The translations under genes and the position numbers were made by a program. 64,000 nucleotides of DNA from Myxococcota bacterium (GTDB lineage Bacteria > Myxococcota > Kuafuiibacteriia > Kuafuiibacteriales > Kuafuiibacteriaceae). Under the pieces are notes generated by a model that saw only the letters and a program-made list of their open reading frames with translations, was not told where the DNA came from and made no database searches. Of this stretch, positions 57,127-64,000 are shown piece by piece (positions within the stretch are counted from its first letter, which is position 1; every line of letters starts with the position of its first letter). Location: positions 16,942 through 80,941 of the forward strand of contig JBCCQA010000021.1 in the NCBI GenBank assembly GCA_039024635.1. Reading direction: 5' to 3'.

Positions 57127-58262
57127 GGCGACACCTCGAAGCCGACCGTCAGGGACTGGCTACCGAAGGCGCCGTCAATCCTGTCGTAGCGAACTAGGGT
57201 CCCCCAGGCGTGATGGAGCGTGGCGCCTATCTCGACGTTGGTGCTCAACAAGTTGCGGTCGGCGTTCAAGGCTGCTCCGGCGGAGGCCTTGGCTCTCTCG
57301 AGCTCGAATCCAAGCCTCAGGCTAGGAACGACACTCGTCCTGGCGTCGAAGTCGTGGATGACTCCGAGGCCCAGGCCCGTTCGGAGTGGACCAGGACTCC
57401 AGGCTAGGCCGGCGTTGCCTCCCGTAGAGAGGCGGCCGTCTTCTCGTGCGGAGCCTTGAACGCGTCCAATCAGACTCCACGCGGACGAGAGGCTTCGGCT
57501 GACCGAGAGACCTAGTTCACCGCCGGAGAGAGGCGGATTTCGAAACATGGTCGCCGAGCCAGCCCAGGTCGTCTTCTGGCTTCTATGGCTGGCCCAAAGG
57601 GTCCCGCGCTGGCCCAGCTCCGAGGCCGATGTCGCATTGCTCTCAGGTCCAAGAACCCGCGCCGAATAGACTCCGCCCAGGGTCCACTTGGCACCCGCGG
57701 CGTAGCGGAGGCTCAGTTCGCCTCCAAAGGACTCCCTTCCAGGCAGCCAAGTAGGACCTCCGGCGGCTGTTAGGCTCAGTCGATGCGCGCTTTGGGCCCG
57801 AGCGTAGCCCTGAATGGCTTCGTGGAAGGTGGGATCGACCGCCAAAGCGGATGCGTAGAGGGCGTTGGCTTCGCTAGGACGTCGTCTCTGCAGCGCGAGC
57901 GCGCCCGCTCCCGACCAAAAGTCGACTCGGTTCGGTTCTGCTTCGAGCAGTTCGTTCCAGAGTTCCTCGGCAGCGGCGGTCTGGCCAAGCCAGCCCAACA
58001 CTCGAGCCTTCATCGCTTGGAAGCTCAACTCCGTGGGTTCGAGCCGGACGGCCCTCTCGAGAGCGTCCAGGGAGCCCGCAAGATCTCCTCTCCAGGCCCT
58101 TGTTACGCCGAGTTCGAACCAGAGCGAGCCTCGATCGGGATGGACCCGGCATAGGGACTCGAAACCCCTCTCCGCTTCCTCCAGCTTGCCAGCAGAACGG
58201 AGTTCGACGACATCGGCTACGCCTTGTGCGGCCAGGCTGGCGAGAAGAACCAAAGCCGTCAT
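57123..58262 (-). CDS. TPR-repeat protein with C-terminal beta-barrel-like domain (PgaA/BcsC/PelB-like export component, short form)
   Basis: N-terminal TPR repeats (e.g. ...AWRGDLAGSLDALERAVRLEP...). C-terminal half with alternating-residue beta strands. ATGA-coupled to the BcsB-like gene. Confidence 0.45.
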   Translation of the reverse strand: MTALVLLASLAAQGVADVVELRSAGKLEEAERGFESLCRVHPDRGSLWFELGVTRAWRGDLAGSLDALERAVRLEPTELSFQAMKARVLGWLGQTAAAEELWNELLEAEPNRVDFWSGAGALALQRRRPSEANALYASALAVDPTFHEAIQGYARAQSAHRLSLTAAGGPTWLPGRESFGGELSLRYAAGAKWTLGGVYSARVLGPESNATSASELGQRGTLWASHRSQKTTWAGSATMFRNPPLSGGELGLSVSRSLSSAWSLIGRVQGSAREDGRLSTGGNAGLAWSPGPLRTGLGLGVIHDFDARTSVVPSLRLGFELERAKASAGAALNADRNLLSTNVEIGATLHHAWGTLVRYDRIDGAFGSQSLTVGFEVSP

Positions 58263-58981
58263 CGGACAGTCTCCGACCCTCGTTGAGCGAAGGAGAGAGA
58301 GGATAAGTAGCGCCAGAGACCAATCTTGTAGGAGACATGAGCGTCACTGCTGGCCTTCAGGCAGACCCCTCGTGACCAGAGGCCTTCGGCAACGCGCGGG
58401 CCGGGAGCACGCCAGCGCTCGTCGACCTCAAACCAGCACCCGGTCTGGTGAGATACTTCGGCAAGGCGGTCGAGATGCCTCTCCTCGACCATCGTCTCGT
58501 CAAGTCTCAGCTTGGGAAGGACGCTGAAGAGGTGGGCGATGGCCACGCGCCGGTCCGACTGCATGGCCCGACAGCTGGATCGCACAAGTGCGTCGATGAC
58601 CTGCTCGGCTCGGAGGCTGCCATCCTCTAGCCCGGCTCGAACCTGCTTGGGATCGTGGCATTGCGAGCCGAGAGGGACCCTGTGGTCGGCCGCGAAGATG
58701 ACGTCGACCCCTGGTGTCGCCTCAGGTATATCCAGCCGGCCTTCCTCGTCGAGCAGCTTCGCTTCTACGCCGCAAAGGAGGGTGACGGGCGTTTCTCGGC
58801 TGAGCAATCGGACAGCCTCGACGAAGCCTGGGAGCCAGCATGAATCTCGACGGACGTGGTCGACGCATCCAAGGACCTTCAGGCCCATCTCCTCAGCCCT
58901 TCGTGTGTTCTCGCGCAGGGTGTGCTTTCCGTCGGAGAAGGTGGAGTGGACGTGGTGGTCTTCGTCGAGTCGCATGGCCAT
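58259..58981 (-). CDS. PHP-domain phosphoesterase (CpsB/YwqE-like Mn-dependent protein-tyrosine phosphatase?)
   Basis: N-terminal HHVHSTFSDG PHP motif. 240 aa. Exopolysaccharide locus context. Confidence 0.55.
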   Translation of the reverse strand: MAMRLDEDHHVHSTFSDGKHTLRENTRRAEEMGLKVLGCVDHVRRDSCWLPGFVEAVRLLSRETPVTLLCGVEAKLLDEEGRLDIPEATPGVDVIFAADHRVPLGSQCHDPKQVRAGLEDGSLRAEQVIDALVRSSCRAMQSDRRVAIAHLFSVLPKLRLDETMVEERHLDRLAEVSHQTGCWFEVDERWRAPGPRVAEGLWSRGVCLKASSDAHVSYKIGLWRYLSSLSFAQRGSETVR

Positions 58982-59092
58982 AGCTAGAGCAACTGCCGTG
59001 CCGAAAGCTGGTCCGGTTTCCCGGGCGGATGAGGTGGGGAGGGTGTTCCGTTTCGGTCAGAGCGGGCCGAAACGGAACGAATAGCCCGCCTG

Positions 59093-62074
59093 TCAGCAGC
59101 GACGGCGTCGGAGACACAGGGCGAGCAGCCCCAGCAGCAGTCCAATGACCGTGGGCTGGTCTGTCGAGCTGCAATTGAAACCCGCGTCGGCCTCCTGGAT
59201 GAAGAACTCAGGATCCTCGACGGTCTCTTGGTCAAAGCGAAGCTCGCTCACTTCGAGAATCTCGGCATCCTTCGAGTAGACCGTCAGCAGGTCGGCCTGC
59301 TCCAGTCCTCGAAGAACTCCAGAGAGTCGAAGCTCTCCGTCCCAGGCAGAGACGGTCCGACACCGTCGTCGACCGCTTTCCGTGTCCTCCAGACAAACCT
59401 CGCTCGGAGCACTGGACTCCAGGTGAAGCCCGAGGTGTCCGTAGGCGCCGAGTTGGACGGGTCGAACGAAGTGGCGCGCAACCCCAAGTGGACCCTCATC
59501 AGGTCGGTCCGCTCGGCCGCAACCGGCGAAAGCCAAGGAGGCATCGACGGAGACGCCCTCGAAGAGGCAGCGTTCTGTCGAGAACCGGGATGCGTCGTCG
59601 GTCCAAAGTCCCTGGTCGTAGGGCGCCCACCAGCCATCGGATAGCCACAGGCGGTCCAGGCGCTGGTCGCCCGCCCAAAGCTCGAGCGTAGCTTCTTTCA
59701 TGAATCCCTCGAACACCTGCAGCTGGTCGGTTCCCTCCGAGATTCGGAGCCATCTGCGCTCGGTTCCGTCGCCTTGGGGCGCCTTCGTTTCGAGCAAGAC
59801 CCGGAGCTCGGGAGTAGCCCCACGCCGGGCCAAGGTTGCTTGGAGCGTCTGGCCCCAGGCTCCGCCCCTCCTGAAATAGGCCCCTGGGAGTGGACTTGTG
59901 GGCGGCAAACGGACGACGGGATTGGGCACTTCCTCGTCCACCAATCGGGGCTCTGCAGGGGCCACGGTGTTCATGAGCTGACCGACCAGGCTGTTCGCGG
60001 TGTGGTCTTCTCGGGCCCAGATTTGAACGTTGAGGACGTTCTGACCTTCCTCCACGAGCGGGTAGTCCTCGCTGAGCCAACGGGAATGGACGGACCAGTC
60101 TTCGCCTTCTTGATAGAGCTTGAAGAGTCGGGCTTGGTCCAGGCCGCCGGAACCTCGGAAGAGGCCGCCCACGATCTCGACGTCGTCGTGCCATCGGCTG
60201 TTGAGCTGAATGAGCTCGGCTCCGTGCGCGCGGTCGCACAGTGGCTTGGAATGCTCGTAGACTGCCCCCACGGTTTCGATGAGGAGAATCGAAGCCTGGC
60301 GCAGACCGTTCTTGCCGAGGAAGTCCAGTCCGACAACGTCAAGCGCGTTCGTGATACTTGGCAGATCGGACGGCGTGACCTCGACGGTCTCGAGGTCTTC
60401 CAGAGCCAAGGAGTCGACCAAGGAAGAAAGGGAAGAGCTGGCCTTCAGTCTCTGAAAGAAGGGCGTCATATGACCCCTTCTGATGGCCCTCGTGGCCATC
60501 TGAGTGGCTCGTCCTCCGTTCGATTCCAGACCACCGACACCGCTGGAGGACACGCCGAGCGCGTATTGGGCGCCATCCAGAACGCCGTTTCCATCCGTGT
60601 CGGCGTCGTCGGGGTCCGTCCCGTAGTAGCAGGATTCCTCGAAGTTGCTGAGACCGTCTCCATCGTCGTCATCGGCCCCGTTGGTGGCGACGACTTCAAT
60701 CGTGGTCGAGGTCGACGTTTCGAGGAAGGTGTAGGTGTCCAGCAAGGAGAGGTTCCCCTTTCCAGAGGAGTTGAAGTTACCCCAGCTCCGGGCGTTCACA
60801 TTGGCTGTCGCAGCCGTTCCGTAGGGCGCGGACAGAATCCCGCTCGCCCCCGATGTTTCCAGTCCTTTGACGCCATTCGGCATGCTCTGAGCTCGGCTCT
60901 GAACGGCGGAGTCGTTCCAGTACATCTCGAGTGGAACTCGTGTTCCGGAGGCTTCGACTTCGTACAGCATGAAACCGGGGTAGCTCGTCTCGATATCGGT
61001 CCCGACATAGTGAAACTCGCCCACGTTGACGCGAACTCGACAGTCGTAGGCGCCCTCTGCGATCGGTGTTCCTTGGTGAATTGCGTTCCAATTGATCGTG
61101 TTCAGACCGATGCTGGTCCGTCCCATGAGCAGAAGGTCGTCGTTGTTCGTGGATTCGAAGACTCCGTCGTCGTCCAGGTCGCACTGAAGGTGGAAGGTGC
61201 CTTCCGCATTCGTATTGAACTGAAACAGGCCGAAGGACACTCCTGGAACGACCTGGTTGCAGGGCGAGATGGTGCTCCCAAGTACTGATTCACTGACGCC
61301 ACCAATGTACTCGAGACCGTACACGCCGGGGGCCGTCCGGCCGTAGCCCGCGACACTCGGAGGCTGCAGGTAGATGGGAAACTCCGGAAAGACCTGATTC
61401 CCGTACTGAGCAACAGAGCGTCCGCCCTGCAGGAGAGGGCCGACGCGGTTCGCATTGATGTTGTAGACGTAGCCGGACAGGCCCTGAAGAGCGAGCTCGA
61501 TGACAGCATCGGTCCCGGTTGCTCCTCCAGGGAGCACGGCATAGAAAGAGCCTTGGGTGGCTCGGGCTTGGGCAAAGGAACCCGCGTTGAAGGCCCAATC
61601 CTGGCTGAACAGTCGCCCTCCGCCATCGATGGGGTTGAGGACAGAGACATCCCAGCGGGAGCCCGGAATCTGGAAGGAGTTGACGAGGACGCCGTAGGCT
61701 CCGTTCGGCTCGTTCGCTAAGGGGATGGATGCTCCAGAGGATAGGTTCGAGAGACCGGAACCGTCGGGACGGGTGATGCTGACGTTTCCCCTTCCTGTCC
61801 ACTGAATCGACTCAACGGAGCTATCGAGGATGTCCACATAGAGTTGGGTGCCAGATCGCAAGGCTTGATAGGTGTTGAGTTGATCGGTGCCTTCCGCCCG
61901 CGCGTGGTTGCTCAGCAGAAGGGCAGCAAACACATTCAGGCATCGAAGGCGTGAGCGGTCTCGTCTCATGACGAGGGCCTCTGCAGCTCCTATTCCAACT
62001 TGCATTGCGACGTGGACACTCACCGCCCGGCCGATTTGGGACGAGTCTGTTCCGCTCCGGTACAGCGAGGTCAT
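59093..62074 (-). CDS. Large secreted surface protein with TSP3-like Ca-binding Asp-rich repeats and a MYXO-CTERM-type C-terminal sorting tail
   Basis: GTG start. Signal peptide. DDDDGDGLSNFEESCYYGTDPDDADTDGNGVLDG repeats. C-terminus ...NCSSTDQPTVIGLLLGLLALCLRRRRC (Cys, Gly-Leu-rich TM, Arg cluster). Confidence 0.55.
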   Translation of the reverse strand: MTSLYRSGTDSSQIGRAVSVHVAMQVGIGAAEALVMRRDRSRLRCLNVFAALLLSNHARAEGTDQLNTYQALRSGTQLYVDILDSSVESIQWTGRGNVSITRPDGSGLSNLSSGASIPLANEPNGAYGVLVNSFQIPGSRWDVSVLNPIDGGGRLFSQDWAFNAGSFAQARATQGSFYAVLPGGATGTDAVIELALQGLSGYVYNINANRVGPLLQGGRSVAQYGNQVFPEFPIYLQPPSVAGYGRTAPGVYGLEYIGGVSESVLGSTISPCNQVVPGVSFGLFQFNTNAEGTFHLQCDLDDDGVFESTNNDDLLLMGRTSIGLNTINWNAIHQGTPIAEGAYDCRVRVNVGEFHYVGTDIETSYPGFMLYEVEASGTRVPLEMYWNDSAVQSRAQSMPNGVKGLETSGASGILSAPYGTAATANVNARSWGNFNSSGKGNLSLLDTYTFLETSTSTTIEVVATNGADDDDGDGLSNFEESCYYGTDPDDADTDGNGVLDGAQYALGVSSSGVGGLESNGGRATQMATRAIRRGHMTPFFQRLKASSSLSSLVDSLALEDLETVEVTPSDLPSITNALDVVGLDFLGKNGLRQASILLIETVGAVYEHSKPLCDRAHGAELIQLNSRWHDDVEIVGGLFRGSGGLDQARLFKLYQEGEDWSVHSRWLSEDYPLVEEGQNVLNVQIWAREDHTANSLVGQLMNTVAPAEPRLVDEEVPNPVVRLPPTSPLPGAYFRRGGAWGQTLQATLARRGATPELRVLLETKAPQGDGTERRWLRISEGTDQLQVFEGFMKEATLELWAGDQRLDRLWLSDGWWAPYDQGLWTDDASRFSTERCLFEGVSVDASLAFAGCGRADRPDEGPLGVARHFVRPVQLGAYGHLGLHLESSAPSEVCLEDTESGRRRCRTVSAWDGELRLSGVLRGLEQADLLTVYSKDAEILEVSELRFDQETVEDPEFFIQEADAGFNCSSTDQPTVIGLLLGLLALCLRRRRC

Positions 62075-62089
62075 CGCTCATCTACTCAG

Positions 62090-62420
62090 ATTCACCGGGC
62101 GCTGGCCGACGAGGAGATGCTCGTCTCTTGGGCCAGCCAGATGGTCGAGGCTATCAGCGCTCTGTTCATCGGTCGCGGAGCAGGGCACTCGCTGGCGCTG
62201 GAAGGAGCACTCAAGCTGAAGGAGGTGAGCTACATCCATGCCGAGGGCTTTTCGGCTGCTGAGCTCAAGGATGGGCCTATTGCCCTCGTCGAGCCCTCCG
62301 TCCCGGTCGTGGCGCTGGTGCTCCCCGACGCCCCGAAGGTTGCAGCCGGCCTGGCCGAAGTTCGTGCGAGAGGCGGCAGAGTATTTCAGGTCGGTGGAGT
62401 AGCGGAGCAGGCCAAGCTCT
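62090..62420 (+). pseudogene. glmS: Fossil C-terminal fragment of glucosamine-6-phosphate synthase (GlmS SIS domain), truncated and non-functional
   Basis: [52 protein letters not shown]...VRARGG aligns with the GlmS C-terminal SIS domain ([43 protein letters not shown]...VRARGG as I remember it). No N-terminal 500 aa. The C-terminal ~70 aa is degraded. Confidence 0.6.
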
Positions 62421-62608
62421 TCAAGCGAAAGGGCGAGGCCTGGAGCTCACCTCGGCCGTACGACTCACCCTCGACTATGCCGAATCGATCTTCACCCTTG
62501 AGACGCGCTCCTCGAGTCGCTCGATGAAGATGAGGAGAAGACCCGGCGAACCCTGCGAGTGGGGGCGCTCGCCCCCGGCATGCGATCCACCCGCTGCTGG
62601 ACGAGCTC

Positions 62609-63274
62609 CTAGCCAGCCTTCCGCCGGGCGATGAGAAGACCCTCGCGCAGAGGGACCGCCGCGGCATCGAATTCTGGGTCTCGTGCGAGGGCCAGGTTCA
62701 GCTCATGAGCGCCGGCGCGGTACGGGTTGGCTTCGTCATCGATCCACCAATGGCCGCTCCCGAGCGCATTGTCGGCGATCAGTAGTCCTCCGGGCGCGAC
62801 GAGCGGCCGCGCGACGCGAAAGTACTCGGGATACTCCCGCTTGTCGGCGTCGAAGAAGAGGACGTCCACCGACCTGGGCTCGAGCTGGTCGACCAGAGAG
62901 GTCAAGACCTCGACGCCTCGCCCGATCTTCATCTCTATGCGGTCGCCTAGACCTGCCGCTTTGAACTGCTCCTTGGCAAAAGCCGCGTGCCCGCCATCAG
63001 ACTCGATGGTGATCAATCGACCGGTGGGGGCCAGCCCCCGGGCGATCCAGATTCCGCTGTATCCGGCCAGGGTCCCCACCTCGACGGCTAGGTCACCCCG
63101 AGTCATGGAGCTCAAGAGACCGAGAAGGCGACCGACGTCGGGGGAGACCGCAATGTCGGGCAGCCCGGCCTCGACGGCCGCCTTCATCAGACCAGCCAGG
63201 TGATCGTCCTGGGCGCCGAAGACTTCCTTCAGATAGCGCTGTGTGTACCGCCAGCGCTCATCGTTCATTTCCAT
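62609..63274 (-). CDS. Class I SAM-dependent O-methyltransferase (caffeoyl-CoA OMT-like, family 3)
   Basis: VEVGTLAGYSGIWIA (SAM motif), FFDADKREYPEY, GGLLIADNAL typical of cation-dependent OMTs. Confidence 0.7.
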   Translation of the reverse strand: MEMNDERWRYTQRYLKEVFGAQDDHLAGLMKAAVEAGLPDIAVSPDVGRLLGLLSSMTRGDLAVEVGTLAGYSGIWIARGLAPTGRLITIESDGGHAAFAKEQFKAAGLGDRIEMKIGRGVEVLTSLVDQLEPRSVDVLFFDADKREYPEYFRVARPLVAPGGLLIADNALGSGHWWIDDEANPYRAGAHELNLALARDPEFDAAAVPLREGLLIARRKAG

Positions 63275-63399
63275 GGTTTGCGCGCTAGCTCGACCCGCGT
63301 CGAGGGGCGACCCAATCCGGCTCAGCCATTCCGACCAGGACTGGAAGTCATGTGGGGGAGGGGCTCGACGACCTAGGGCCGTCTTGCGAGCTTGGCTTC

Positions 63400-64000
63400 A
63401 TGTCCAAGTACAAGCCGATCGCCCTCGTCACGGGTGCCTCTCGGGGTTTTGGCCGGGCCATCGCCCTCGAGCTGGGCGGCGCCGGATTTCGGGTTGCTCT
63501 CGTCGCCCGTTCGCGAAGTGGTCTGGAGGAGACGGCTCGGCAGGCGGAGCAAAGGGGTGTCGAGACCCTTCGTCTGCCCGCCGACCTGTCAGTGGCGGCC
63601 GAGACGTCCTCTCTGGCGGAAGCGCTGCGGGCCTGGGGCGGGGAGCTAGAGGTCCTCGTAAACAATGCTGGCGTCATCGCGCCGCTCGGCTCCTTTCTAG
63701 AGGTCAGGTTCGAGGACTGGGCCGCGAGTCTTCGAACCAACGTCGAAGGGACGGCGAGGCTCACCCACGCCGTTCTTCCGTTGTTGAGCCAGGCACGACG
63801 GGCCAGCATCATCACCATTTCTTCGGGGGCGGCCGTGAGCGACATCCCAGGCTGGTCCGCCTACTGCACGGCCAAGGCGGCCCTCGATCGCTGGGCGCTC
63901 GTCTTAGACGCCGAACTCAAAGAGACGGGCATCCGAAGTTACAGCTTTGCGCCAGGGACCATTGAGACCGAGATGCAGAAGTCCATTCGAAGCTCGGGGG
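63400..64000 (+). CDS. Short-chain dehydrogenase/reductase, 3'-partial (runs off the window)
   Basis: MSKYKPIALVTGASRGFGRAIA Rossmann motif, NNAG, S...YCTAKAA catalytic triad. No stop before nt 64000, so absent from the ORF track. Confidence 0.7.
   Translation, partial: MSKYKPIALVTGASRGFGRAIALELGGAGFRVALVARSRSGLEETARQAEQRGVETLRLPADLSVAAETSSLAEALRAWGGELEVLVNNAGVIAPLGSFLEVRFEDWAASLRTNVEGTARLTHAVLPLLSQARRASIITISSGAAVSDIPGWSAYCTAKAALDRWALVLDAELKETGIRSYSFAPGTIETEMQKSIRSSG

Noticed and set aside
62075-62608. Tn7-like transposon at the glmS fragment
   Set aside because: No tnsABCDE, integrase or terminal repeats visible. Only the glmS remnant itself is reported.

Overview
High-GC (about 65-68%) bacterial chromosomal window. 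The first ~16 kb are the distal end of a photosynthesis gene cluster: bchX (5'-partial), bchY, bchZ, a pufQ-like small ORF, then pufB-pufA-pufL-pufM-pufC (LH1 beta/alpha, reaction-centre L and M as separate genes, tetrahaem RC cytochrome). About 290 bp and one intrinsic terminator downstream, on the same strand, sits a complete alternative complex III operon (actA-actB-actC-actD-actE-actF) followed by a lipoprotein monohaem cytochrome c and a second terminator. The rest of the window contains: glycan genes with lower GC; a sigma54/FisR-like sulfide module (persulfide dioxygenase, DUF1641, type II SQR) with recognisable -24/-12 promoters; housekeeping genes (DEAD-box helicase, FKBP, CIA30-like); an SbtA/SbtB-like bicarbonate transporter pair; a lipid-handling locus (thioesterase, two lipase-like hydrolases, OM barrel, acyl-CoA ligase-KASIII-SDR-Na/solute symporter operon); ECF sigma/anti-sigma next to a secreted caspase-like peptidase; a sigma54-promoted pseudo-receiver/LmbE deacetylase + ATP-grasp pair; a sigma54 activator beside a synthase-dependent exopolysaccharide-like locus (processive GT2, BcsB-like, TPR/OM barrel, PHP phosphatase); a ~990-aa surface protein ending in a MYXO-CTERM-type tail; a fossil glmS C-terminal fragment; an O-methyltransferase and a 3'-partial SDR. 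The MYXO-CTERM tail, the many sigma54 activators, the ECF pairs and the lipoprotein-rich secretome point to a Myxococcota-like host. I saw no tRNA, rRNA, CRISPR array or transposase/integrase. Hand-located hairpin and promoter coordinates may be off by 1-2 nt. CDS coordinates follow the supplied ORF track except where an internal or alternative start is argued.
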